This document shows, in pieces, positions 24,472 through 37,446 of a stretch of 64,000 nucleotides of DNA. Source of the stretch: Podarcis muralis (Eukaryota); NCBI RefSeq assembly GCF_964188315.1, contig NC_135667.1, forward strand, positions 17,174,001-17,238,000. The letters run 5' to 3'. The notes under the pieces were generated by a model. The model was not told the origin of the DNA, did not search any database, and was given only the letters and a program-made list of their open reading frames with translations. Made by a program: the position numbers and the translations under genes. Each line of letters begins with the position of its first letter. Within the stretch, counting starts at the first letter, position 1.

Positions 24472-25770
24472 TATACAGAATGGAGGGTTGGGTGCAGGTC
24501 ACTCTCCCCAAAGGATCTCTCCCTGCATCAAGGTAAGTGGCTGGGAACAGATGGCCTTTCTGTATTATTAACAATGGATTTTCATTTCTACCTCTAATTC
24601 ATAGTCTCACCCATAAAATCAATATTTTTGACCTTCTTTTGCCTGCCTATTTTAAGAGAACTTAGGGATTAGCAATTCAGCCAGGGTCTACTTTGTCATA
24701 GACGTCATACTTTCTTGTCCTTTCCTCCCCAAAACTCTTTGTTTGGATTTATGGAATAAGGATGTTTTGTTCACCATCATGAAATAGGGAGAACTTCAAC
24801 AACAAGTCCTCAACATAGTAGAATGCCTTATTATTGATTTGCTACTTAAACATATTTCAGACTTCTCTTTCAGCTTATCAGGAGCCCAACTCTTCACCAT
24901 GCATAAAGGCTGTCAAAGTGAGAAGATGAGCTGTGGTTTTTAGATCCCTGAATATCCACCAAGTAAGGTGAAGGTTGGTGAAGGTCATGCAACCCCTACG
25001 AGCAGGTAGTGGGGCCCATGGGGCTGCAGGAGAGGAAGGAAATGTCCTGTTGCATGAGATGCCTGTTCCACCGGTGGATAGACACTGCTGGATGTCACCT
25101 ACGGTCTGAATTTTCTGGTTGCTAATGTAACTTATGATTTATGATTGTGTAAATCACCTGGTATGTGTTATGCCCTAAAAGGAAGGCTGCAGTAAGTGCT
25201 GCGGTTATTAAAATTGTGCATATGGAAGCAATAGGATGACTAAAACCCTATTCTTCTTGGAATAAAAATTGTCCAGACCAAAAATATGGTTCCAAAGCTT
25301 TACTAACAGAACTTGTTCCAAAACAGACTTACAACAATTAGGATACATCCAAATAGTTGCCTAAAATCATGTGCTTGTCCAAGCATAGGCAGAACATCTT
25401 AAAAATATAAAATTACTTCAAACAGAACTGAAAGCAAAGTTCTTTCTCTCCACACAGACTCCATTCAACCTGACTGTATTCTCTCCAGAAGAAACACCAT
25501 TAGCACATCCTTCGTCTTTGGTGGCTTGAGAACAAAGACTTGGCTCACGCAAAATGGTGATTTGCAACTGAATACCCCTCTCATGTGATTTAAGTTAAAC
25601 ACCATGTGAGAGAGTAGCAGAGATACATTCTCAGTTAATTATCCCTTTATTAGGAACTCAGAGAGTCTCACTTAGCTTCAGTGGAGTTTTCTATGGTCCC
25701 TTTAGCCATACACATACAGCGTTATTTCCCTTTTCAATGTACAATTAAACAGTTATACTTAATAAGTGTA

Positions 25771-25978
25771 TGTTACAGATAGGTAGCCGTGTTGGTCTGC
25801 CATAGTCAAAACAAAAGAAATTCCTTCCAGTAGCACCTTAAAGACCAACTAAGTTAGTTCTTGGTATGAGCTTTCGTGTGCATGTATCTGAAGAAGTGTG
25901 CATGCACACGAAAGCTCATACCAAGAACTAACTTAGTTGTTCTTTAAGGTGCTACTGGAAGGAATTTTTTTTGTTTTA
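25771..25978. mobile_element. Penelope-like element remnant with inverted arms
   Basis: ~65-bp inverted repeat, CTGAAGAAG..CGAAAGCT motif, flanked by duplicated TAATAAGTGTATGT; typical inverted pseudo-LTR architecture of PLE insertions. Confidence 0.78.
25884..25921 (+). ncRNA. Minimal type I hammerhead ribozyme motif within the Penelope remnant
   Basis: GUAU-CUGAAGA-A-GUGUG(CAUG)CACAC-GAAA-GCU-C-AUAC: core boxes, 5-bp stem II, palindromic AGCU stem III, 4-bp stem I. Confidence 0.6.
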
Positions 25979-27764
25979 ATAAGTGTATGTGTGTGTGTGT
26001 CACTGAACATTTATGCAATTTGACCTTTAATCAGGCTGCATATATTCTCTGAAACAGGGACACGTGTCTATTAGCCCTATTCTTATGCCCAGAATCACTG
26101 CCTGATTCTGCTTCTCTCACTTTCACATTGTTGCAGATTGTTAAAGACTGTACCACTTAATGCAGGCATAGGGAACCTTTGACCCAATAGATGGTGTTGA
26201 CTTACAACACTCAACCACACCGAGTGTTGGCTCACGTGGGCCAGGCTGGTTGGGGTTGATGGGAGGTGTAGTTTAGCAACATCTGATCTAACATATGCTA
26301 TATCCATTTACTCTGCAATAAGCTGTGCTCAACTAAAAGGGTGTGGGTTCCTTTTGTCTAATGATATACTGGGGAAATGTTACTGGTCTGCAATATAGCT
26401 AATATGTCAATTTCTGTTTCTCTCTGTTTCTCATTTTTCCAATCATAAATTTGATTTTCTACATTTCCACATCAGTTTGTGGGGTTGTTTTGGTTTTTTT
26501 TTTAAGTTCTCATGAAATTTCATAAGCAAATATGCATTTTTGCATTCAATCTTGCCTAATATGCACATTCCCCCCCAAGCCATTTCCCTAATTTAATAGA
26601 CATACCTCAACAGTTGCAATGTGTGAAAAGGTTTTCTGTATGTTGCATGATGCTTTAGTGCTCATGTGCAGACTTACACATGCTTTTGCATGACAGGCAA
26701 GACACACGCACAAGCACACGCCAAACAGATTCAGAGATTTAACTTCTAGAGATTCTGCGGAGGCAGCTGAACCCTGAAGAATGGCATCTGTATTGTCTCC
26801 AGTGTACAAAAGCCCTACACTGATATTCTTCTTGATTTATATTCTTCTTGATTTTATGGGAAATCATCTTAAGGGGTTTTACCTTAACCAAAAGGTAACA
26901 ATAACTGGTTTTTAACAACCACATGTGACCTTTTTTTTCTTCAGGAAGCCAATCTGATTAAAAATCCATTTATGGAGACCGCAGAGTATTTATCAACAAG
27001 GATGCAAGCAGAAGATTCGATTGAATGCTATAGCAAAGTCTTTAACTTTGGTTAAAATCACAGTTTGTACTGTGTTTTCATCTTCAGGTACAAACAGTGC
27101 ATGAATGTGTGGATTTACTACACTGGAGACAATACAGATAGTAATTTTGCCATGGAAGGCAATGACTAACAGCCTAGTACTAAACAGATTTTTCATGGAA
27201 TTTTCAGTCTGTTTTGCTGCCCTTTCTCTGCATTCGGGCACCCCCACTGGCAGAGTCAGTAGTCAAGCCTTCTGTGTTTACTGGTGTTGGGGAGAGAAGA
27301 GAGGCTGAACTCGGATGTCTTCCAGGACTTCTGCTCTGGAAGAACGCTCTGAGTAATTTTCGGGAAAAATCCCACTGAGATGAAAGGAAAGGCAACAGCA
27401 AAAGAAAGTCCCAGCTCCCGTGCACAAGCACATTTGCTGACTCCCCACCTCCTGACTCATCCAGATTGCCCCCCACGCAATTGCCATCCACCGTCCAGAA
27501 AATGTCATGGTACAGAAGGCTTCACCTGTTGAATTTGCGCCTGCTACATCAAGAAGTCTCCATCACAAAATAATAATAGGGGAGGAGTTATGCTTCTAAT
27601 AACAAAGCACTTTGGACATACTCACAGTAATGCCCCTCTATGTTATTACACCCTATATATATATATTATATCACACACACTCTCTCTCACATGTCCCAGG
27701 CATGGGAATTATAAAATATAGCAGCAAAGGATTCTGGGAGCTTGGTTCAGTGTAGAGCTAAGTA

Positions 27765-28160
27765 CCTCAAGGACCGCCTCTTTCCATATAAACCTGTCTG
27801 GACCCTGAGATCATCTTCTGAGGTCCTTCTTCATGTGCCTCCTCCTTGAGAGGTCCAAATGGTGGCAACACGAGAACGGGGCCTTCTCTGCAGTGGCTCC
27901 CCATCTGTGGAATGCTCTCCCCAGGGAAGTTCACCTGGTGCATATAATACACCTGTAGGTGCCAGGCAAAAACCTTCCTTTTTAACCAGGCCTTTCATTG
28001 ATTCGATTGACATCCGATGCCCTTTTAAAATGTGGTTCTTTGGGGGGGGGTAGTTATTAAGTTGTTGTTTTTATTTTGATTATATATACTGTGGTTTTAT
28101 ATTTTGATTTTGTTCTGTGAACTGCCCTGAGACCTCCAGGTATATAAATTCTAACAACAA
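27765..28160 (+). mobile_element. L2 LINE 3' fragment
   Basis: KDRL..LRSSS..L..P...ATRERAFS..AP.LWNALP pattern, (CAA)n tail. Confidence 0.7.
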
Positions 28161-30587
28161 CAACAACAACAACAACAACTGGTGTGCCATGGCATTCTGG
28201 TCTAATCTGTCAAAAGACTTCATTTCTCCTGTGAAGACGCTGTGTATATTTAACAAGGCAATGTCTGTGAGCAGTGCATATGTCTCTAGCTTGTGAACGT
28301 GCTATTATACACATGTGAAATGCTTGTGCAACCTGAGTGAATCCACAGGCGGTCTTTGCCCAGTTGCCTTTCTGAGCTGTATTTGGACACCATTCTGTCA
28401 GGCATTTGTGGCTGTGTGGCTTGAATGTGTGTGCGTTTTATCTGCCGAATCTACTGTTCAGAAATGTGTTGTTGCTGCTATTATTATTATTATTATTATT
28501 AGGGAACGAACACGACTCAATAGACCACTATCATGCCATGTGCCCCTCTTGAGTGTACCCCCGTTTCATATAATATCTGTACCATTTATGAGGTGCCCTC
28601 TCCTCCATTCGTGCTGACGGCAGAGCCTTGCCCCACCCTTCTTCCCCTGCCCTCAGATGTCCCCCATCCACCTTGCTGTCAGTCTCTGCCTTCTCCTACC
28701 CTCAACCCCGTCTTAGGCTGGTCACCAGCTTGGGTTGAAAGGAGGTTATTCCTGGCTTGAGTTGTGTGGATTATACTGAGGGAGGGGGGAAGCATATGGA
28801 GGGGGATTCCTCGCCAGCAAGCCACAGCCTCAGCCAAAGCAAACTAGGTTGGCGCTGCTGGGTTTGTCTAACCTTGTGACCCTCCGGCGCGCAGTGTTCC
28901 CTGGGAGGGAAATGGGGAATCTAACAGATTCAAGCAAGAAGCCAGGCAGAACCTATCAAGAAAGGTAGTTTGGGCCCTGAGTCACAGCTCAAAAACCTAT
29001 CAAGCCGTAATAGAGAGCCTGAGCTTGTGCAGAGTGCATTTTGCCCACTCACCATCAGTCTGGTCTAGCAGGTGGTGCATCGGGACCAGTGGGTTGCAGC
29101 CCTATCCTGCCCTCCATCAAAGGTGGGTCGCAAGAGGAGCCCTATCCTACCCTCCAAGTGTCCCGATTTCCCAGGGACAGACCCAGAATTACAGATGTCA
29201 TTCCAGTTTGGGGTTTGATCCTGGAATGTCCTGGTTTTCCCTTTTCCTCCCCTCCACATCTCAGAGAACAATTAAAAGTGGTGGGGAGAGCTGACCCTGC
29301 CCCACTCCTGTCCTTTTTGGAAAAGGAGCCTGTGCGTGTACGCGTGCGTGCAAAAACAGGGTCCTGTTTGTACTGAAAATAAAATACCTGCACCACATGA
29401 AGGAAATTGTGACGCTGTCATACAAAGCCCTTCCTATAATTTTGAAGGAAAATGTAACCAATCTCCACTTTAAGTACTTTAATTACAGTGCCTCAGCAGC
29501 CAGCAATTTTTAAGGAAACCTGTGGAGTGTTTATTCCTGAGCCTTACACTGCAAGCCTTTACAGAAGTAAGTCCCGCTGTGTTCAAATTTGCATCCATAC
29601 ATGTAAATTATCATATGCAAGGTTTACTGGTGGTCAGCTCCCAATTCTAGCTCCACCTCTGAGTCACTGAGTTTTAAAAACACAAGAAGGGTCTAGCTGG
29701 ATCAGGCCCATCTAGTCTAGAATTTTGTTCTTGTAGTGGCCAATCAGATGCCCTTATGGGAGGGCCAAAAGCAGAACACGGCGCTTCACCTCTGTGCCCC
29801 GAGGGATCCATATTCTTAAAATGAAAACGTGGCATGATGCTAAACCTGTTGGCCTGTTTAAGGGACCTGCTATTTTGTGGTTCCTGCTAGACGTTAAGTC
29901 TCTCAGGCTTCATTTTTTGAACCCCACACCCCATTTTGGAGTGTTTAAGCAGCTGGCTTGCATGATTCATCCTCCTCAGTTGTTTTTCATGCTTAAGGCT
30001 CTCTCTTTTTGGCCCTTCTAGGAGGAAACCATCAAAGGCTGCTCAATTCATAGCGCCAAGTAGACACCTCCCTAAGCATGGTCAGCTACACTTTGGAGCA
30101 CAAGAAGAGCTCTGTTTGGCCAGGCAAAAGGTATTTCTTGTTCAGAAGCCACAGTGGCCAGCCAAATGCCTCCAGGATGCCCTCTCCAAACCCTGGTTTC
30201 TCCTCAGCAACGGGCATTCAGTGGCCCTGCACCTGAACATGGATGCACCACATAGCTTCCAATAGCCACGGAAAGATCTATCCTCCATTAATTTGTATAA
30301 TCCCTCCCCTCTAACAGTGAACCCAGCTGGCCAGTGCCAGCAGGACTATAGCCAGAGTGGACCCACTGAGAAACAAGAGGGTGCGTTTGGAGAAAACCCA
30401 AAATTTGCAAAACTACAAAAAAAAAAGAATAATAAATCTGGGAGAAAAAACCCCCCAAGAGGCCACCCAAAAGAGCTGTATAAGGAGCAAGCATGCTCAG
30501 TGGCCATAGAATGTCTTCTTTGGACAAGTGATTGGAAGAGAGGAAGGCTTGAGCAACTTGCAATGGAACATTTTAGCTCCTTTTAGG

Positions 30588-30920
30588 CGTTACCTGAAGG
30601 AGCGTCTCCACCCCCATCGTTCTGCCCGGACACTGAGGTCCAGCGCCGAGGGCCTTCTGGTGGTTCCCTCACTGCAAGAATCAAAGTTACAGGGAACCAG
30701 GCATAGGCCTTCTCGGTAGTGGCGCCCGCCCTGTGGAATGCCCTCCCATCAGATGTCAAAGAGATAAACAACTACCTGACATTTAGAAGACATCTGAAGG
30801 CAGCCCTGTTTAGGGAAGTTTTTAATGACTGATGTTTTAATGTATTTTTAATACATTTTGTTGGAAGCTGCCCAGAGTGGCTGGGGAAACCTAGCCGGAT
30901 GGGCGGGGTAGAAATAATAA

Positions 30921-30984
<64 letters not shown>

Positions 30985-30995
30985 TTACTACTACA
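30588..30995 (+). mobile_element. L2 LINE 3' fragment with (TAT)n(TAC)n tail
   Basis: YLKERLHPHRSARTLRSSAEGLL..PALWNALP; reverse-complement similarity to 6060-6345. Confidence 0.8.
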
Positions 30996-31396
30996 GCTCC
31001 CATGTAACTCTACACAGGAGCTGGGAGTGGAGCCACACCAAACAGCCCTTCCCCTGGCATCTGCACAAAGAGCATGGAAAATTGTGGGGATGGAGCCTTT
31101 CCGTGTCCTGCATCTGCCTCTCTCTAGCCAACGGTAGGGCCGGCCCCAAGAGATCTGAGTATCACATAGCTCCCCTGGTCAGGACATCAACCTTGTCCAG
31201 AGTGCGGACAGACAATAAAAAAATTGGTCTTGAATTGAAATCACTGTGTGGCTCCCTAGTTTACCTACCTAGGATCCTGGGGTTGCACCTAACTTTGGCT
31301 GTGTACACACTATACCTTTAAAGCGTATTTGAAGCACGTTTACGCCCCTCAAAGAATTCTGGGAACTTTAGTTTAGGTAAAGGCCTCTGGGAATTA

Positions 31397-31638
31397 CAGT
31401 GGTACCTCGGGTTAAGTACTTAATTCGTTCCGGAGGTCCGTTCTTAACCTGAAACTGTTCTTAACCTGAAGCACCACTTTAGCTAATGGGGCCTCCTGCT
31501 GCCGCCACGCTGCCGGAGCATGATTTCTGTTCTCATCCTGAAGCAAAGTTCTTAACCCGAGGTACCATTTCTGGGTTAGCGGAGTGTGTAACCTGAAGCG
31601 TATGTAACCTGAAGCGTATGTAACCCGAGGTACCACTG
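31397..31638. mobile_element. Tc1/mariner MITE, family A
   Basis: TA TSD, TIR CAGTGGTACCTCGGGTTA. Confidence 0.88.
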
Positions 31639-32790
31639 TATAACTCTGTGAGGGTAAACTACAGGGCCCAGAATTCTTTGAGGGAAAGGATGCACTTCAA
31701 AGGTGTAGTGTGCACACAGCCTTTCTACTCAGAGTAAACCCATTGAAATTAATGGACCCACATTAGTAATGCCCAGTAGTTGCAGTGGGCCTACTCTGGG
31801 GGTGACTAACACTGGACACGCAGCCTCCTGATTCCCAGTTATCCCCTTGCTTGTTCTTGTGAGTTATTTTCCGATATCAGAGCTGCGGTGCCTGGCACCT
31901 CGCAGAAGGTGTACTTGAGCTGCAGGAAAGAAGGAGACATGGACAGCTTCTCTGCTTTCTTCCCTCGCCCATTCTCTCTCCACCTGGAAGCCAGACACAG
32001 TTTTGGTTTTTTTGAGGGGAGACAGGGGTAGTTGCAGACGGGGGTGGGGAGCAGAGAGAGGGATGCCTAGGGAACAGCTCATGTCATCCCTTGGCCGCCA
32101 TTTCCCAAACCGGAGCCTGAGGACAGCGGGGGGCTCCCAGCCACCATGCCTGAATTCTGCACCAGCGCCAGCAACTCACAGGAAAAATAAACCGAGAGGG
32201 AACAGCAGCACCGGCACCAGATGTGGGGCAAGAAGCCCCAAACCTCCGCTAACAAATACTCAGCTTTAGAAAGACCAGGAATTCTGGATTTCAAACTGGT
32301 CCAGCCTTTGGAGGAGCAGGGAGGGGGTGGACAGGGGACGGGACGATGACGGTAGTAAGCCGCCTGCCTGGTATCATCGTGTTGTAATTTTTTTTATAAC
32401 ACCAACTCAGACCATTGGTCCAACTGGCCAAGTATGGCCGGCAGCTTGCTCCACAGGCAGGGATTCTCTCCCAGCCCTCCATGAAAATGCTAGAGCAGGG
32501 GTAGGGAAACTAAGGCCCGGGGGCCGGATGAGTAGAATGTGTCCTTTTATTTAAAATGCATCTCTGGGTTATTTGTGGGGCATGGGAATTCATTCATTTC
32601 CCCCCCACCCCAAAATATAGTCCAGCCCCCCACAAGGCCTGAGGGACGGTGGACTTCCCCATGGCTGAAAAATGTTGCTGACGCCTGTGCTAGAGGTTGC
32701 ATGTATGTGGTCATGTAGTACAAGTATGGCCCATCTTTCCTCCAAGGGTAGTGGTACAAGGTTCTCCACTCCCCCTTTTATCCTCACAAC

Positions 32791-33479
32791 CAGTGGCGTC
32801 GCAAGGGGGGGCAGGGGGGGCGGTCTGCCCCGGGTTCCATGTTTGGGAGGGTGACAAGAAGGCACCCCACGCGGTGCTTTCACTGCCGCCCTGGCCCGGG
32901 CAAGGCGGCAGGAGCAGTCATATGTGGCCGCTGCAGCCACATGTGGAGGCTCCTCTGTTCGTGGCTGCAGCCGCGAGCAGAGGATCCTGCCACCGTCCGT
33001 ACGGCGTTTCAGCGGCGCTGGCGGCAAACCGCTATGTACAACGCATGTGCGGTGTCGTGTGCATGCGTTGTATGTAGCGATGCTGCACATGCACTGTACA
33101 TAGCGGTTTGACACCGCCGCCGCCCGAGCGCCGTACGGACGATGGTGGGATGCCTCCGTCACCAGCAGGAACCGCTTATGGTGAGCTGGGGGGCCCCCTC
33201 CCAGCCTCCCTCCCTCCCTGGCTTGCCGTAAGCGGCTCCCGCTTTGTTGCTTTACAGCGAGCTGGGAAGGGAGGGAGGGGGACGGATGGGAGCCGTGGCT
33301 CCTGAGAGGATGCAGCTTTGCCCCACAGCTCAGGGTACTTGGGAGTCACAGGGGTGGGGGCGTAGGAAGGGTGCCCATTTGGTGCCCAGCCGCGACTCCC
33401 AAGCCTACCCCAAGCTCTCAATGGGGGGGGGGGGCAAAAGAATTCGCACCAGGTACCACCTGGACTTGACACGCCTCTG
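32791..33479. mobile_element. hAT-type non-autonomous element with internal palindromes
   Basis: 8-bp TSD CTCACAAC (32783-32790, 33480-33487); CAGTGGCG/CAGAGGCG-type termini; inserted in an older SINE. Confidence 0.8.
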
Positions 33480-33824
33480 CTCACAACAACCCTGTGAGGT
33501 GGGTTAAGCCAAGGAATGTCGACCGGCCCAAGGTCACCTGGTGAGCTTCATGGGGATGTGTGGGGATTTGAACCCAGGTCTCTTAGGTTCTAATCCAAAA
33601 CACTCTAATTGCTACAGAGGAGACTTGCTGAACCTGTTAGTCATGTGGATTAACTTCAGCAGGTCTGCTCTGACTAGCATGGGATTTGGTGACTAATTCC
33701 ACCCCAGTGATTGATCCTAAGACCTTTTTCATGCAACCACTGAGCACCATCCTGGATTTGTGGCCCTCTCACTCTCACCTTTACAGGATATTTAATATGC
33801 AAGGTGTTACACAACAGCCCTGTG

Positions 33825-34121
33825 CAGGGATGGATTTAGGTATGATGAGGCCTTAAGCTACTGAAGGTAATGGGGCCCTTTATATGTCCAGCTGTCCTTT
33901 GTCAACAACAAATTGTCGCTGTTTTTGTGTGTTGAATATATGCTATATGGTGATTTATGGACCTAATAGGCATCTAGAGCCATTTGCACATAACAAAAGA
34001 TGTATTTTATCAAAGTAACTTTTGAACTGAAATACAATTAAGAAGAAGTATATTGGGGGGCAGGAGAGTGGGGTCCTAAGCTATAGCTTGTTTAGCTTAT
34101 ACGTACGTAAATCCGGCACTG
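33825..34121. mobile_element. hAT-type MITE
   Basis: 8-bp TSD GCCCTGTG (33817-33824, 34122-34129); imperfect TIRs CAGGGATGGATTTA / TAAATCCGGCACTG. Confidence 0.78.
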
Positions 34122-35202
34122 GCCCTGTGCAGACCTGGATGACAAAGCAAGGACTTGACCAAGGTCTGTCTTGCAAATACAGGCATGGTTTTGAACTCAG
34201 GACTCTCAAATGTACAGCTGATCAGAGTCCACACTGTACCAGCTTGGCATTCAGACTGGCAGTGGACGAATTTAAATTTATATATGTCAATGAGGTATTA
34301 ACATCAACACATACAAATATTAAACTGCAAGCCCCGTCCCTCCAGAAGAGGCAAGCCCTTAAGAAACCCTTTACGGCAGCATGAATCAGACGCCTTGGCC
34401 AGACCCAGGCCAGCGAACCAGTTTTGGATTAAATGTGCTCTGGCTGGCCTCACCCGCTGTGAAAAGGCCTTGGCCTCTCTCGCCAGCCTGTGAACATGAG
34501 AGGGACCTTTGTTCATGGGCAGAGTTTGTTTTGCCACCTGTGTGTGACAAGCGCTTTGAGGTGAGGCAAGGGGAGTCTGGAAGGCGGCTTTGATTTCACC
34601 TTGGTGGGGGCAGAAGGGGAAGCAGTATTTGCTGACAGGCTGAGGTGGGATGGTGGGGGGGGGAAAGGCAGATGCTGGCACCCAGATGTGTATTCAGAGG
34701 AATGGTGTGAGTGTCTGTGAGGGGCTGGGGAGGGAGGCAGACAAACTGCTGAAGCTGCACTCCTTCTTGTGGGGGCAAGTGGGGAGGGATTTACTTCCTG
34801 GCAAGACAAACTGGGAGAGCTCCTTGTCAGAGCAATATTATATCACGTTAAAGAGTCATGGCTTTCTCCAAATAATCAGTTTGTTAAGGGCGCCGATATT
34901 TGTTAAGAGACCCCCCTGTTCCCCTCATAGAGCTACTATTTAGCTCTATGAGGTTTAACAGTTGATCCCTCATCCCAGGGAATTCTGGGAACTGTAGCTC
35001 TGTGAAGGGAGCAAGGGTTTCCTAACAATTCTCACATACCCTCCAACATTTCTCCAATGAAAATAGGGGCATCCCATTCCATAATGATAATTTCACTATT
35101 TTATACCCCACACACATCTTACTGGTTTGCCCCAGCCACTTTGGGTGGCTTCCAACATATAAAAATAATAATAAAACATTAAACATTTAAGAAACTTCCC
35201 TA

Positions 35203-35465
35203 CAGTGTCATACCTCGGGTTACAGATGCTTCGGGTTGCATGATTTCGGGTTGCGCACCACGCCGAACCCGGAAGTACCGGAACGGGTTACTTCCGGGTT
35301 TCGGTGCTTGCGCATGCACAAAAGCGCTAAATCGTGTTTTGTGTATGCGCAGAAGTGCCGAATCGTGACTCACACGTGTGCCAACGTGGCGCTGTGGGTT
35401 GTGAATGCTGCAGGTTGTGAACGTGCTTCCCGCACGGATCACATTCGCAACCCGAGCGTCCACTG
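35203..35465. mobile_element. Tc1/mariner-type MITE
   Basis: TA TSD, CAGTG termini, subterminal CTCGGGTT/AACCCGAG, internal palindrome AACCCGGAAGTA..TACTTCCGGGTT. Confidence 0.72.
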
Positions 35466-35705
35466 TACAGGATTTCCTTCAGACAGCTCAGGGGTTGGAG
35501 AGCACAATTCTCAACTACAGTTCCCTGCATCCTTGGGGAAAACCATGACTGCATCTGACCTTGAAGAGTTTGTGAGAAAATCATTTTTAACTTAGCAAAT
35601 GTGTGGTCTTTTTCTATGCTAGGGGACATAGGAAACTTTGGAAATAAACTTTTTAAGGAACCTTTTGCAACTCACTTGAAAGGGTACTTTTTAAGATTCT
35701 ACAGC

Positions 35706-36397
35706 TGTTGTAAACAAAAATTGCCCTTTTCCCTTATGGGGTATCCAAGAGCCCATATAGAGTCCTTACATAGGTTCCCTATTGGTAGGAGAAAATAACA
35801 GAGGCCAACCAGAGAATATTGAGAAGCAAAGCAGCTAGTAAGCTTGATCTTTATTGATCTGTTGCAACAGGGTGCTCCCCTCACCCGCAGGAACAATGGC
35901 GCGCAAGGCCTTATAAAGACTTTTGAAATTGCCACCCTGTAGATCAAGACCACCCCCAGAAACATTATACATACATCACAGAAGGGGTGTAACCTAAGAC
36001 CACCCCCCAGATACATCATACCCACATCACAGAAAAGGCGGTCTAAAACAGAAATTTGAATGTTGTTTTTCTTCTGTTGTTGTTTATCTCCTGTCTGGCA
36101 GGTTACTTGATTGGATTGCCTGGGGAGCCTGGCCAGACTTTTGTAATGATAAATACTTAGTTCTGGGCCAGCTCACAGGCTCAAACCCTATTCATATCTT
36201 AAATGTGCCCTTAAGACAGGATTTGTGAGGAACGAGACAATGGGGAGGTCTCCCACTTTGACCTTGCAGAGAAAACATTTGCTCAGTTTAGGAATCAAAA
36301 TGGTTCCAGGTCGGTCTTCCTGTGCTGATCTATGTATGTGCTTGGTTGGTACACTTATGAACATTACCATATATCTAAGACCTCAAAACTCCTATCA
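35706..36397 (-). mobile_element. Probable solo LTR (ERV-like)
   Basis: TG...CA ends, minus-strand AATAAA (~35853) and TATA-like motif, internal ~45-bp tandem duplication (AAGACCACCCCCAGA..). TSD not resolved. Confidence 0.5.
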
Positions 36398-37446
36398 CAC
36401 TACCCACTTTCTTCATGCCATGCATAATTTTATAAACTTTTGTCTTGTCACTTTTTGCTGACCTTTTCTCTAAACTAAAAAGTCCCAAACACTGCATCCT
36501 TTGCTCACATCCCCTCTATCTTATCCTCCCGTTTTCATTTTTTGCAAGCCTCAGGCCTGCATTTTGCCATCATTATGAGTAATTGCTTTATAATTGCTTG
36601 TATTATCGTGGCAACTCCAGCTCAGAGGGTTAAGATGAAGGGGAGGGAAAGCGGTTGCATTCTTTTGCGCCCGGAAACTCAAAACTCCCCGCCATGGATG
36701 GCATCTGCACGGTGCCTCAAGTGCCCAGAGACCATTGAAGCCTCTGACATCTGTAATTGGTGAAGACAGCAATAACAGCCACATCCCAGTAGCAAGTATT
36801 TGCTAATTGGGAGCCTGCTGCTGATGGACTCAAGAGTTGGATCTTACAAAGGAAGTGGGCAGAACAAACAGGACGAGGAGAAAAGGGAGGCAAAAAAATC
36901 ATGTGATGAGTGTGACAGAAAAGAATTGGATATAGATTTAATATATCTCAGAACATAGGCTGTGCGAGGAGGATTTTACGTGGAAGAAAGCCAAAAAGAT
37001 AGTTCAGATGAGTAGATAATTTTATTATGATGATGATGAGTTATTAAATTTATATACTGCCCTTCATCCAACAATCACAGGTCGGTTTACAGGAGAAGTA
37101 ATTTAAGGTTGTTCATAACTTGAATGCTTTAAAAGGTAGCGCACCCAGCTCTGTACAGATTAGGGTTGCCAACATTTCCCCCTAGTCTTTGGCCTGTGTC
37201 CTTAAGAACAGCCCAACATGAAGAAATTACCAGGCCATATCCAGGGCATGATCCGGAGGCGCACAAGGCGGCAACATTACTGATGCTAAGCAGGTCTGGG
37301 TCTGGTCAGTGCCAGGGGAACTGACCAGCTGCGAACCCCTAATGCATGCTTTTGGAAATCGTAGAAAAAGGCAGCAACACACACACATGTAACAAATAAA
37401 CACATGGGAAAGTTTTGGTAAAATGGTTGTTGGGATTGAGAAGGAG

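Noticed and set aside
25197-25760. Possible second solo LTR (minus-strand AGTAAA and U5-like text)
   Set aside because: Ends and TSD could not be defined.
32146-32190. Perfect Kozak GCCACCATG with a 14-codon ORF
   Set aside because: Too short and unsupported; expected by chance.
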